Below are positions 38,301 to 53,300 of a stretch of DNA of 64,000 nucleotides, in pieces. The position numbers were made by a program, and so were the translations under genes. This stretch comes from Vicugna vicugna (Eukaryota), in contig MU057744.1 of NCBI GenBank assembly GCA_013265495.1, positions 1,056,001-1,120,000 of the forward strand. The letters are read 5' to 3'. The notes below the pieces were generated by a model. It did no database searches and had not been told where the DNA came from. It was given only the letters and a program-made list of their open reading frames with translations. Each line of letters starts with the position of its first letter. Within the stretch, counting starts at the first letter, position 1.

Positions 38301-41300
38301 TTCACCACGATCTCCTCCACGCTCCTCGTGGCTTCTGCGGAGCCTCCAGTGTCAGACTGTGGGACAGCAAGCAGGATGCTGAGCAGAAGCAAACCACCCA
38401 CCGCGAGATGGGCTCTCCGCAGACAGGAGAGGCCTTCAGATGTGCCCCAGAGTGATGGAAGGAATTTTAATAAACCCAGTCAGCAAGTATCCCAGGAGCG
38501 CAGACTGCCCCTGGGCCGAGCTGCGACACGTAAAGAGGCGACGTTGGGGGCGCAGCCGGCAGAGGCCCCTGCAGGGCCCGCCGGGCCTGCACTGCCTGGG
38601 GAGGGCGGTGCCCCTTGGGGAGCCCAGCGCCAGAGGGGCGACGGCTGCCCCACCTGCTGCCTTCATAACGAACTCCACCTGGTCTCACTCCTGTTTCCGT
38701 GCTCGAGAAACAGTTCCCGGACAAACGGCAGACGGAAGACACGGACACCCACCATAGACGCTCGCCCGAGTGGCTGCCCCGATGCCTGGGCCCAGCCTGG
38801 GCTCTTGGCCCCTTGCACCCTGCACACCCCACCAGGTTCCAGGGCTGCTTCCCGAAGCCCAGCAGTCCCCACCCGGCGGACACCCGCCTCCTGAGCCCCT
38901 CTGCATGTCTCTTCTCTGCCGGCGTATGTTCCTGTCCTTACACATGGGAGCTGCCCGGGCTAACATGCTGCACACAGAACACCAGCCTCACACCAAGACG
39001 CAGAGGACAAGGTGCTGCAGACGGGCGCTCCTGGAGTGGTCACGGCCAGTGACACGAGCAGCGACAGCACCAGAGTGGGGCAGGGAGAAGCCCCCCAGGC
39101 AGAAGCACGCTCACTCAGCCTCGCGGCCGCTTCGCACCTTCAAGTCCTTCACTCCCTCTGGAGACCCGCCTGGTGGAGACCAGGCCTCCCTCAGCTCTGG
39201 GAGCCCGGGCTCCGAGCGTGCGGTGCACGTCTGCTGAGCCATGTGCATCAGCAAGTCTGCTTCAAAACCTCCTGTCCCCCCGCCCCCGCCCTGCGTAAGG
39301 GCCCCCTCACACTCAGCCCACGCCCGCAACGCACAGGAAGTGCGAGTTCACAGAGACTTCTGGAAAAGATGTTACCTCCTAGAGTGTGTCTTGGCTTCGC
39401 TGCTCTGAGAGGCACAAAGCCCTGAGCGTTTCAGAAAGGCTTTTAGTGTCATTCACCACCACCTCAATCTCACACTATGTAAAAACCGTAAAAGTTAAAC
39501 CACACTAACGACGGCAGGGAGCCCGCGTACCTGAATGAGCGCCGGGATGACCATCTTCACCGTCTTGCTAATGACCTGGAAGCTGTAGGTGTCGTCCAGG
39601 CGCATGACATTGGCTCCCATGAACGTAAAAATAGACATGATGTTGTGCAGAACCTTATCCTGAAAGGAAACACGTCTCTCAGCGTTTTCTATTTTAAGCA
39701 CATCAAATATCAATAAGTCATTAGAGGTCAGCAATAAAAAGAAAAGACCCAATTTAAACATGGGCAAAGGATTTGCCGAGACATTTCTCCAAAAACAAAT
39801 AATGGTCATTAAGCACATGAATAGCTGATCCACTTCAGTATCAGGGAAACTCAAAATCCCAATCTTAAGACACTGCTTCACACCCACGAGGGTGACTGTA
39901 ATATAAAGAAAAAGACAGTAACAGCTGTGAGGAGAGGAGAAACCACCACCCGCAGACACTGCGTGGTGGGCACGAGACGCACGGACGCTCTGGGAAACAG
40001 TCTGACAGGTCCTTAGAAAGTCAGAGCCAGCATGTGGCCCTGCAGCCCCACTCCTGCTGGAAACACACTCACACAAAACCTCCCATACGAGTGTTCGCAG
40101 CAGCGTAACTGAGAATCGCCAAAAAGTGCAAACAACTGAAATGTCCATCAACTAATGAACAGGTAAGTCGCGGTGCACGCGCACAACGCTGTATCACACA
40201 GCCGTAAGAGGAACACTGGTTCAAGCTTCAAAACAGATGACTCTTGAAAACACTGTGCAAAGTGCACGAAGTCAGACACAAGGAAGGCCACACACTGTAC
40301 GGTTCCATCTACAGGGACCGTCCAGAGCAGAGAAGGCGGGCAGGGCGGAGGCGGAGCCGGGGACACGCGGCTGCTCCCGGAGTGATGGCCGTGTGACCCG
40401 GTGCAGGTACCAAGACGGCTGAACCCTGCACTCTGAAGGGGCGGGGTTTACGGCATATGAACTACGTACAGTTCGCTAAACAAAAAAATATCAGCTATTC
40501 TTAACTGTTACTGGATTACCAACCCTGTGAGAGCCACTGACTGTATCCCAAGGGAAAAGCCCCACCCAGATAAGACCTTCCACACGTGGCTGCAGCGGAT
40601 CAGAAGACAAGCCCTTTACGCTCATGGGGGTGGCTGATTCCCCAACGTGAAAGTAATTCCAACCTCTTCAAAACATCTTCAAATGACATACTTCTATAAG
40701 GAACACGGCTTCTCTTCTTTAACAGCGGTAGTTTATCACCAAATTAATTTTCTTAAATCACTGGTTGAAAGCCGTGTGAGGATTACCTGAGGAGTCACGG
40801 GAGTCTTTCCAGACAGCACAGCACAGCACAGCCCCACGTGTGGGAGCGACCCTGACCCAGGCACTGTGCTAGGAGCTAGCCAGGAACCCTCACTGCAGCC
40901 CTATGAAGGTCGCTGTTATTCTGCACTTTACAAAAAGGGGCACCAAAGCTTAGCAAGACCAACCAGCTCACAGTCTCGGCCACTGAAGAGGCAGGGCTGA
41001 CAGATCCCAGCGCTGGAAGATCCCAAACACCACTGAATTCAAAGCAGTGCACACCGGTGGGTCCCCACAGAGAGACGCCGGAACCCCTGCCCGAGGACTC
41101 AGAGCGACCGGCACTCACAGGAAATATCCCAGCGACAGCGCCCAGAAGTAAGAGGGCCTGGTGGTGGGTCTGAGGCATCTCGGAGAGGCGGATGCACTGA
41201 ACTATCAGCTCCACGTTGAACTTCTCCTCGTCAAGAACATCTGCAGGGTGAGAAATAAAAACCCCAAGGGGGTGGCACGGACTCCCTCAAGCAGACAACC

Positions 41301-44300
41301 CTCCCCGCTCTCCTTCCCACACAGCACACACCTGTGGGTATCCCGCCGCCATCTGGAGAGAGTTTCTGGCAGATGTTGAGCAAGCAACTCAGAATTAGCT
41401 GTTTGGTGTACTCCATGCTGCCCTGCTCCAGCGGCAAAGGCTCCAAGCTCCTTCAGGACGCCCGGGGAGGAGGGATGGGTGGTGAGAGAGACGCACAAGG
41501 TCAGCGCTGCACTGATGCCCAACTGTCCAGAGCACACATTCAGAGAGGGAAACTACACTACAAACATTAACCATCGAGTCTACAAACATGATGAGAGTCT
41601 AGATTCCTCCCGCAGGCGGACGCTTACGACAACCACCCCCCACCTGCACGCTCATCGCCTTGTTCTGAACCTCCTAGGACAGCCGGGACAACCTCTTTCC
41701 TTCTGGTCGAGAGCTCACACCCACAATTCAGCACAGACACTACAGCGACCTAACCACACGCACCCGAAAAACGCAGCCAGTGTCCCGTTTAATAAATACA
41801 AGCAATGACGTCCCAGGGACGTGGGGCTGGAAGTTAAGAAGGAAAGCAGGGGCTCGGGGCTGTGGGCCAGGGGGTGAAGGTCAGGTTCAGGCACTGGCAA
41901 TGCGTCCCCATAACCTTTCTTTACATCTTTCAACTACAGCCTTCACGTGCTTTACCTTGCAGACCAGCTACACAAGAAAAGAACATTGAATAAGCAAGAC
42001 GGGCAAGAATCAGAGCCTCACTCCCTGCCAGGCTGAAGGCCGGGCGTTACCTCGACAGCAGGCTGAAGAGAGTCGGGACCAGCAGCTGAGGGCTCCTGAG
42101 CTTCTTCTTGTGCTGCAGTAATTCTAGGATGAGGGTTACTCTTTGCCAGTAAGAACCTCCAACGTCCTGACCAGATTCCAGATCCTGTGATTTTCTGGGG
42201 AACACACACGACAAACAGTTAGAAAAGCAAACACTATCGATGCTGAGGAAAAATCATCGCACCCGATTACGCCAAGCTGACGGGCATCGGAAAGTCACAG
42301 CAGTTCCATGACGCTCGGGGACGGGGGAGCCGCAGGCTCTCCCTGCGCTCGGGGCTCTTACTTCTGCTGCATCTTCTGCCTCCTTGCTTGCTGGATTGTG
42401 CCCAAGGGCTTCGTTTTATCTGGTGGCTCCAGTTCTATTCTGACTTGTTCAGCATTAACGGAAATCTGAAACAGGAAGAAGGCGGATGACAGAATTCCAC
42501 GGGGTACAATTAGAGCAGTCACTTGAAGAGATGCAGTGAAAACATATTCTGCCTCCCTGCGACTCGAGGGCCAGACTGATCCCCAAAGGCAAACACCAGC
42601 GACAATTGCTCACATGTTCTTCTGGAAATTTCCCACATACCAACAGCTCTATCAAGACGAAACGTGTAACGGAATTCAGACACCCCTGGATGGTGTGAAC
42701 ACTCCCGAGGGTGAAACCGCAGAGCGAGCCCATAGAGGAGCTACAGAAGCAGTGCGAGCGAGGCGTCCACTGACAGTGTGAGAGATCTTCTGGTGCCACG
42801 AGAGGGACACGGAAACGAACAGTGCCTAAATATACATATTTCCGTCAGGAGAAAGATCAAAGGTATTTATTGATTCTTATCTTGAGAAATAAATGAATCC
42901 AAATATAAGTAAAATTTAAAATTTTTGTGAAATATTTAAGAAAAAGACTGAAATAAATGTATTACATCTTCCTGAAAAAGAAAGACTCTTGATAATGTAT
43001 GATTTTACTTTCCAAATTGAACTATTTTCCATTCAAAGTTTTATTGGTAATCTTTCTACCCTGACAGTGTTTTTCCAAAGTTTATCAGGGAGAAAAAGTC
43101 ACAAGCACGAAGTTAAAAATCTGAAAAGTCAGAGAGAAAGCGGTAAGAAAAACTACAGTAACTGAAACCAAATACGGCAGTAACGGATCTGGGGTGCACT
43201 TCAGGCGCCAGGGGGCACGAGAAACGAAAGAGGATGGTCTTAAACCTGAGTGTGGAGAGCTTAAGAATGGAAGCGTCAGTAACCTAGACGCCCACTTACT
43301 ACGTGACACCAAGGTAAGTTTCCGAGGAATTAAAGGCTACCTACAATAATTCAAATTAAAGGAAAGTCAGAACAAAGTGGAACTGAGTCCTTGCCAGACT
43401 CGCAGAGTGGATGTCTCATCTCTGGAATAAAAGGAGACAGAAGGGAGGAGAGCAGTCTGCAGACATGAATATTCCAAATTTTAACGTTTACATATATAAA
43501 AACAGTAAAACAGAAATAAGGATTGGGAAACACTGCAAGTATTATATAATTTTAGCATCTTTATTCTGTAAAAGGCTCTTCTTGGTAAGAAAAACAATAA
43601 AAAATGTGCTTCACAAGAAAACTAAGTTAGTAAATACACGAGGGAAGGTGTTCAAAACAGCAGTAACAGACAGGTGCTGTGCGTCCAACAGGGGGTGAAG
43701 CTGGCACGTGCAGGTCAGGTGGGGGCAGGGTAAGAAAGATGAAGCTCACACACGTGCGGGCAGAAGCGTGTCACACACCCTGCTGCTCTGCACCCTGGTT
43801 TGTGTCACTTATCTCAGAAAGCTAAGTAAAGACGCTAAAATTCTGAGACCTGCGGAACCTGAATACCAGAACTTCACCACACAATGATCTGTTTCTGTGG
43901 AAGCGTTTTCCTAAAAACGTCACAGAACAAAGCAGTGACGAGGCGGTCAGCCTGGTCTACAGCCAGGTTCGCCACGCACGCAGACCCACGAGCGGCACCT
44001 CCGTTCTGCCCGGTTATGTCGCTCCACGACGGCTCAGATTAAGCCGAGTCTGTTGCCCAGCTGGACGGCAGGCACCACGCAGTCCTAATCCCTGCGCGAG
44101 AGGCAGACCCTCCCACACACCCTGCCTGTTCGGAACGACAGATGCTTCCTACAATAAAGGTAACGGTGAAGACCTGTAACTCCCATCCTGCACTTCTCTG
44201 CGACCTGCGCTTCCACGACTCTGGCCACTGGGGACGTCTGACTTCCTAAAAGCACAGTGAATGGAGGGCGCCTGCACACAGCGTCACCTGGAAGAGGACC

Positions 44301-47300
44301 AACGTGAGTAAACAAGCGACGGAACACTCACAACTTACCCCTTTGAAAACACTGCTGACAGTCTGAGCACAGCGCGCGTCTCTGCAGTTCACCAGCAAGT
44401 CGAACAGCGTGCACAACAGCTTCTGCTGAACCCTTTCATCTGACACAGCTGCAAAGAACGGCTTCGTAATCTAGAGGCAGAAAAAGGCAGCTGAGCTCAG
44501 GGAATAAACGTGAATTCCAGTCTGTCTCTCTCACGACGTGAACCGTTCGTTAGTCTGTCAGTTTCAGTGACTCACGTACATCATTCGGTTCTGCGAAATG
44601 GGTCAGATATACCATATTATTCCTTTAAAACATACCCAGTCCATGATCTTCTCCAAGTAAATCAGTACAAGTTTTTAAAAGCCTGAACATGCTTTAGTTT
44701 CTGAAAGAAGTCACTGACCTTTTCAAGAGCTGTAATCTGAACGGCGGGCATTCCTGTGTAAAGCTCCTTTGTTGTGTGCACAGCTTTTATAAATATATCG
44801 AGACTCTTCGGGTCCTTGTGTAAAAGGGAAGCTGAGTATTCGTTGTATTTTCCCAGAGAGAGGTGCAGAGCAATGGCCTCGTCTTTCAGGACGGCTGTGG
44901 GCTCCTTCTGGATCTTGTCTAGTAGTTGTTCGATCATAGGCAACAGCTGAGAAAGCACCGTCTGAAGTTTGGAAAACTCATTAGTAAACAGTTGTCTATA
45001 CTGATGAAAGCTTGTCGTGCTGTACAAGGACACCCAAAGATACCACGCTGCAAGACTGGGAGCCCAGCCTGAGGAAGGAGCCCAAAATGACGACCTCCCA
45101 GACACCAGGACGGCTGTTCATCCAAGCCGGGCACCCAGGTCCCCTCTGACAGCTCAGTCTGCAACGGGCAAAAGCTCTAAACTCTTCCGAAATGACAGGA
45201 GAAACAATCTGCGAGCATCCTGACTTTGTGAAAACAGGAAATACAAACTTCAAGTTTCACACAAAAGAAATACATTTTAGCTTTTCTAAAATGCTGCACA
45301 CTTCCTCAAACAGTGTTTCCAACTTGGCATGATTAATACTAATTCAAATTATGTCTGTGAAGTCTTTAAACAACGAAACCAGGAGCAGCAAATTACGGCT
45401 TGCAGACCAAATCCCGAGGGCCGCCTGGGCTTGGCAATTTTGTTTCCTCAAACACAGGCACGCTCACTGTCTACCTACTGTCGGGGGCTGCTTTCCCAAC
45501 ACCATGGCAGACCTGAGTGCCCTGCAGACCGCAGCCCACAGAACCTAAAACAGTCACCGTCTGGTCCTTTGCAGAACAAGATGGTCAACTCCCGGTTTCA
45601 ACCCTAGCAGGGACGACCGGAACTGACAAAGGCTATCTGTTCAAGCGCACCACGGCAGTGGAGGCAAATGGCTTTTACTCCGTTTTACCCCCTTTTGTGC
45701 CCCAAGCTGCCGTCCATCCAAGGATGGCAAAGTACACAGGCATTTTTGGAACACGAGACGAAGAGCATTTTTTCTCTGCTTATGAGCACACGCTGTCACA
45801 CCACCAAGTTTCCTCTGTGTCACAGGCTTCCTCGACAACTTAATGAAAGCTACAGACGCTCCCCCCAGAAAAACGTCTGACATACGTTTTAAAATAAAGT
45901 GAATGATCCTGGGATGTACACAAGCCTTTACGTCCAAATCTATCACCTCGTGGAGGGTTTTCACCCGGAGCACAAACACACCCTGACGGGTTTTCAGCAG
46001 CGCATCATCAGTGTTCTTCCCCGTGCGACTTTTAAATTCATTTAAAATCAAGCCCACGATTAGATGGGATGACACACGATTTCAAAATGGAAAGAAACTC
46101 ACTGATTCTTGCCTCTTGTGTCCTGTGTATTTTTCTCCCCCGCCCCCAATCAGTAAGAAAACGCTCCCGTGTGGACACGGAGCTCCCACTGCGTCCTGCT
46201 TACGTGAGTGGCAGCAAGCCCTCAGTGACGCCACGCGCAACGGGCATACCTCACTGTCGACTTCCCGAAGCACCTTCATCAACTCTTTTCCAACGTACGA
46301 TGGGCAACTATATATGCAATTAAGTAGGTTTTTCAAAGTTTCAGACAACTTCTGGTGAGATTTCGCTTTCTTTTCTCTCTGTAGCTCCTCAAATAAAGTA
46401 GCCAAATCCTAGGATACAGAAAAGGAAACTGGATTTAAAAAAAACAAACAAAAAAGCCAAGGAGCCACCGAGGCCACGGGTACTACTGACTGAGGGTTCT
46501 CTCCCACGCGATGCGGCGCCACTCGTGACTTTTCACCTCCCCTGAAGCCTTAGCAGAAAGAGGAGCGCCACCCACCGGCCAGCTTACTATCAAAAGCTCC
46601 ACGCTGCCCTCTCAGCCGGTGGACAAGGAGCAGAAATGAAACGCGGTACTGTCTTTCTAACACAGGGGCTGGGGGGAGGGCACAGCCCAGCGGTGGGGCG
46701 TGTGCTTAGCGCGCAGGGCCCAGGGTCAATCCTCAGTCCCTCCGTTAAACAAGCAAACTTAATCCCCCAATAAGTAAATACATAAAAGGTAACTGTCGCT
46801 TAAAAATTCTTTTTAATTTAAAAAAATTAAAAAGGAAAGAAAACGGGGAGAAAGATGTGCACATGCTGACACACCAGTTTCTAAACTTGATGACTTAGTC
46901 ACCAAAATCCCTACAAAGCAGAATGCCAAGAAAGGAGAAAGAGGCTCACTGTCCACACGGGCACGCACACGCTCAATCTTCTCTGCTAATGAGTTTACCT
47001 GAACAACGTAGGTGGCGTCTGAGGTGATCTCCTCCGCTTTCGGAACCAAGTGCTCTATCAGCAGGTGGAAGTGGGAGGCCACTCCGCCGAGGGCCTGCAG
47101 GCAGAGCGCGGCAGCCCTCCGGACTTCTTTCACGGGGCTCCCCAGACTGACGAGTAGAGACGGCACCACTAAACCAAAGGGAAAAACATGTATGTAACAA
47201 CTTAAAAACTGAACGACTACAAAATTTAAATAGTACCAAAGGGGACACGATGGACAGCCTTCCTCCCAACCCAAACTCCCTCTCTAAAGACCGGTCACTG

Positions 47301-50300
47301 TTTAATTTTGTCTGCTGTTCTAGAGAAACGTCAGGCATCCACTGGCACATTCTCCTGAAAATACACAGATGACGTACAGTATTCACACCCTGTTCTGTAC
47401 CACCTGGCGCCACAGCTCAATGTCTGCTGCAAGTGTTTTCCGTGAAAGTACACACATACCTACAGTATCCTTGTAAAATTGTACACAGATTTCCATGTGT
47501 ATTTTCCAAGCTTTTTTAGACCAGTACCTGACTGGTAAAAGTTTAGATTGTTCCTACTCTTTTCACGTTACAAATGCTGCCACAAACACCATTGTACATA
47601 CATCCTCGCACAAGTGTGCAAAAGAAATGACCCATTTGTGCATTTTGTTTTGCAAATATTTTGTCCTGAACTGATGTATATTTTCACTTTACCTTTCGCT
47701 GTGCAAACTTTATAGCTTTATAGAAAAATTTGTCTTCTAGTTCCGTATTTGCTTAGAAAGGCCCTCCCCACTCTAAGTGAACGTTTCAAGCACCTGCCTC
47801 TGTAGTCAGAGACCGTGTGTACTCCATGTTTTTTTCTAACACTAGAGCGCACCTTCTTAATGTGAAGGCTTTACTTCAGGTGGAATTTCTGTCTAAGAAA
47901 TAATGTTGGAGTCAAACTTTTAAAATGTTTCCAAAAGGCTAGCCAGGTGTCCTGTTTAACAATCCACCCAAGAACCGCACAGGTCCGGGACGTCAGCTTT
48001 CTCATTTCACACGTCCCATCAGCACCTGAAACGCAGCTATTTCTGTCAACCAGTGCTTCCAGAACCAAGTTCAGTAACGGTGATGAATTAACAGGAATGC
48101 TTGTTCACGCAAACGCACAGAAACTGCTACCTTTTGACTTGAGAAGTATGGCCACCGCGTTACTCCAGTTTTGCTGTCACTTGATTACGATTTATTACTG
48201 ATCTTTCGCTAATGACCTTTCAGACCTCTGGACGTGATTGTAAAGTTTCCTCCTTTAACAGTGACAGGGTCAATTACATTAACAGAGTTCCTTATTCTGA
48301 AATAATTTTGTATTGTTGGAATGAACTCTAACTGGGAAAATGTTTGTTTTCTAAAATAATGAAATAATGCTAATGGACCCAGCAAATATTCTATTTAGAA
48401 TTTCTGCATTATTATTCAAAGCAATCATGGCTTTCTGTCTGTAAGCAGTGTCAGTTTTCAGAGTTACGCTGGTCCTATGAGTTACGTTCCTCCGTTCTAT
48501 GCCCTGCCCGTTCAACAGCACTGAGATTACCTGCTTCAGGGATCTGGTAGAATGCATCTGTGTAATCAACTGATTCAGAGGTTTTTTAAAAGAAATCTCT
48601 GGGATAAAGAGGCACCCAAACTCCTTTATGGTAATTAGTTATTTAAGCTCTATTCCATACCACTTACTGGGGCACGTTCTGGTGATTTTCCCCTTACTAG
48701 AAACGATTTGCTCCACACATACTACTTCTGGAATGCTAAGACAGAGTGTGACAAGCTTTCATACACATTCACGGTCATGGGAAAGCTGGAAAGTCCTTCC
48801 TGGTCTCCATCACATTAATTTATAAAATAAAGCCAGAAATAAACAGCTGGAGAGTTGAATTCAGACAAAGGGGAGTTTCAGATCAGGATATCTATTTGCT
48901 AAAATTCCCAGTAAGGTGGGGCAGAGCTTCCAGAAAAATACAAATTCAGAAACAAATTCAAAGTACTAACTACAATGGTTACCATGTTCACGTACAGTAC
49001 TAGAACTCAAGACAAGTCAAAGCTACGTTATATAAGTAATCAGCTTTTAGGAATGTCCTTCCATTTAAAAATCTTCTGTGTGACTTCATTCTACAAACAA
49101 ATTTACTTTGATTTAAAACAGCGTATTTTATATAAAAGCTGGAAACCATACTTGAGTTCTGCTCTTGAACATGCAAATAAACTCACTACATCGATAAGGC
49201 ACAGCAAACCAACGCGAGCCCCAGCTTGTGTCAGACGCTCATTCATTTAGCGAGGATGCGCCGTATGCCAGCCTGAGCTGGGGTACGTATTTGCACAGAA
49301 ACAAGAAATGATGGTTAGATTCCCAAGCCACTGACAGAACTTAACTCGTATAATTGTAATATTCCAACGCCCCCCCACCCCTTCTGACTAGCACACTGTC
49401 TTTGGTTAATCTATGAACACACACAGCAGCCAGCACTCCCGCGGCTCCTCACTGCGGACTCAGCGGAGGCCCTGGGGGACCTGAGCTTCGAGGAGAGCAC
49501 GATGCCTCCCCTGCGCTCAGCGGAGGACTGTGCCAGGGCTGCGCAGCATAAACGCCGGAGCGCTTCGGGAAGGGGCAGGTGACGAAAGGCAGGCAGCGGG
49601 GGCGGGGGGGGGGCCCAGGCTGCGGCAACCCCAGGGGAGCCAGGCCCCCGGCCCTGCTGTTCGCAGACCGCGGGACACAGCCTCCTCAGGAGCCACCGCC
49701 TTGGACGCCAAAGCACAGCAGACGTCACACACCCAGTTAGAAATCGAAACAGTTACGACCCTTCTGAAAACTCACAAGTTTACCAGCAGATAACTATTAA
49801 TAAATTATGCTATCTCCATACAATGGAATACTCTTCAGACATATAAAAGAGAGACAAAAGTCTACATTTGTTAATACAGACAGACGTTTCCAGGGTATTA
49901 ACTGAAAAAGTTTAAAAATGCCCAGGAAGTTCTCATCCAAAACGCTTGAAAAAACCGTAAAAGTAAATCCACCTGAAGTAGAGGCTGCAATTTTATAGTA
50001 AGTAGTGGGGGAAGAGCTACACTCGTGGGATTTTATTTTGTAAGTAAAACTTGAAACTGTGTGTGTTTTACCTCATATATAACAAAATTTTGGTTACAAC
50101 TGTGATAACATGTTCTTTCAAGGAGGTAATAAATGATAAACATTGAGAAATTATTCTGGGAAAAATGTATAACCATTCACAGACCATTTAGAAAGCGTGA
50201 TTTTGGAATTTAAAAAATCAAGCAAGAACACCTCCAGGTTTCCCATGGGCCACTTACTCCACCGGAACCTAAACGACCCGTCATCCTCAGCAAGGCCGTC

Positions 50301-53300
50301 ACCTTCAACCCCCACAGGTGCAATTCTGCCAGGCCCTCTCATCTGTCACCCGCTTTCTAAGTCAAGCCACTCTGCAGTGTCACAGTCATCAACTTCGTGA
50401 AATTCTGCATTTCTTGCAAAAGGCACAGTTTCACTTTATAGAAAACAGAAATTTTATTTTGGGGAGTTTCATTAGTGAGTGCCTAGCCTGAAAATGTCTT
50501 ACACGTGGTGACAGACAAACCCAGGAGGGCGGTCTGAATGGAGACCCACTTTACAAGCAGTCAGCTGAAGACTGAGTTGTATTGTGTGGTCTGGCTTCCC
50601 TAGACGGTCCCGCTCCTGCTGAAGCCGAAGACACGAACAGCTGGATACTGAAAGCCTGTGACCAGCCACCTGCCTTTTTTATTATGTGTCTCTCGGTGGG
50701 TTTCCATAACTGACATTCAAAACCCAAAAGCAAACTTAGAAGTAACCAGAAACCACCTACATATGCACACATACATGCATACACACACTCACACAGAGGC
50801 AGAGGGCACATTCAGCATTAATAAAAAAAAAGAAATTCTCTAAACTACAACCGTCACACGCTACACGGCGGTGACAGAAGGTGACGGCGCCACGCGCAGT
50901 ACCTGGCGACGACGCGGACGCCAGCTGGTGGCGGCACGGTGCCTCCTGAGAGGACAGCAGCACGCGGCCGACGTACAGGGCTTGGGTCTGCAGTGCGGCC
51001 GTCACCTTGCAGCTCAGCGGGTCTGCAAGGCTGGAGCCATAGGTCCATAAAACAGAAAGGAACCTGAAGAACTGGGAAATGTCTTCCAGATGCACCTACA
51101 TTAAAACAAAAAAGAGACAGTGAAGTTTAATTCTTACTCAAATTAAGTTGGTTCCAAATCCTCTTTCACTACTGTGTTAACCACAGGAAACAGCCATTCT
51201 TTGCAACGCTTTCCTTTGCTGAGTCACTCAGTTCCTCCACACTCGGTGTGTGAACTGGGAAGGACACAACACAAGGCAGAGACTGGCGTCCAGGGGACTC
51301 ACTAGGAGTCTGCACCTGAACACACCGGACGACAGCAGGAAAAGCGAGGTCACTAAGCAGAAAAGCAAGACAGGAGTGGCGTGGGGGAAGCCCCACTAAG
51401 AAAGTCCTCGAGGGACAGCACGAGCGACGTCAGGGTAAATGCCGCAGAGGGCAGGTAGGACCAGGACAGAGAACCGACCCCAGTCCTGGCCGATGGAGGG
51501 CGCGGCGCTGCGACCAAAGCTCTTAGCCGAGTGACTCCGCGTGTCCTAAACTGCCTCTCTGACCATCAGTGTCCTGCCGGTGAGGGCAGGAGTTAACCCA
51601 ACGGACGGGCCTGCTGTGACGAGCAAACTGCTGACCAGGCCCGACCGGCGTCGGGATTCAGCACCGCCTCACAGGGCCTGCGTTTATCTTCACGCTCTCC
51701 ACTGCTGAGAGTACTTTCACTGTCATTAAGGACTTCCTAAACTGATCCACGACACCTTCTTAAAGGGAAGAGCACGCCTGAAGAAGACGCGCCGGTACCT
51801 TTATGAAAAGCTTCATCAGGACGCGGAAGTGCGCGGCGTCGGCAGCACCGAGCACCACCTCGAAGAGCCCGAGCAGCAGGCGCAGGTAGCCTCGGCCGTC
51901 CTCCTGCAGCCGCTCGGGGTTCCACCAGGCGCCGCCTACCGGACGGGGAGGAAAGGAGACACGGTGTGTGAGCCGTGGGGACACACGGCCGGGAGCCTTG
52001 CACTCAAGACAAGACAGCAGTGAAGTCAGCAGTCAGTTCTCAGAGCACCACCATGGAGGACCCCCAGCTCACCTACCTTCAGGAAAAGACTTAGGACGCT
52101 TGAGCGCGTGAATAAAATTTTTCAGCGAAAACACGAGTAAAACTGCGTCCTCCATGGCCATGCTCTGGGCAGCTCTGAGCTGTTCCACGTAATGTGCCCA
52201 CAGCTCCAGGGGTATCCCTCTGTCCGTCATCAGCTCCGGATGCCACTCCGAGGGGATCTCCTGAAATGTTAAAAGGAGCAAAACCAGTGCACGTTTAACG
52301 GGGCCCTGAACGTGGTCATACAGACAGACCAGCGGATGTACCACCGGGTCACCGGCAAAATTCTGTCCACACGCGCACTGAGGTGGGGAGAGGATTAACA
52401 GTTTTAATCAGATTCTTAACGAGGTCTAATCATCACTGTTCTCGAGAAAAGACACAAACAAGTTAACTGTGGCTTGATTTTTCCTGTTTTCTTAAAACAC
52501 CACCCCTGAAGACAAACCTTATTCATATAAATTATGCTGATCAAGTAAAAGGTGGAAATAAACAGGCATGTTTCTAAACAGAAAGATGAAGGGTGGGGTT
52601 TCCAGGAGATCGTTAACAGGACTGTTCTCACTGCACACTCGCACTGCTAATCTGAAGAGGGCCCAGGGTGAGAGCCCCATCCCTGCAGATGATTCCAAAC
52701 AAGAAGCAAGACGTTCAGGTGTTTAGAAATCGTACTACAAACGCCAGGAGGAAGCACGGGAAACGGGGCAGGAAAATGACAGACCAGCTCCGCACAGGTG
52801 AGCGCAGAGCAGTGACCTGGAAGTGAAACAATCCAAAGCCAGACCCCTGAGACAGTCTCTGGTGAGGGGTTTCCTGGCTCGTGCGCTGCAACAGCCGGGA
52901 AGATGCTCGAGCCTCTCAGGAAGCCTGTCAGACGTAAAGCGACCCGCTGTCCGCGCACACACACAACCCCCAACGTGTCCGCACTGCAATGCGAGACCAA
53001 AGACAGCCCGGCTCACGCTGTCACAGAGATACAGAGAAGTTCAGAGGGGCCCATCTGGGCTACTTTTTAAATATGAAGATTCACATCAATTTAGCTGACA
53101 GTGGCTATGACCAGAACTTACAAAATCCTGAGGGCACATGTGAATGTGAACAAGATGTGATCCGTTTAGCAGCCCCCAAACCAAGGACCCCTCTGAATTC
53201 TGGAGGGCGTACAAAAACAAAACACTACTATATGGCAGATACTAGAAGAAACCATCTACAACCTCAAGGTGTGGTATTAGATAAAAGCACCAACACACGA

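Noticed and set aside
37956..38894. 312-aa + strand ORF
   Set aside because: Antisense shadow of HEATR1 exon 30 plus GC-rich intron; no recognisable homology
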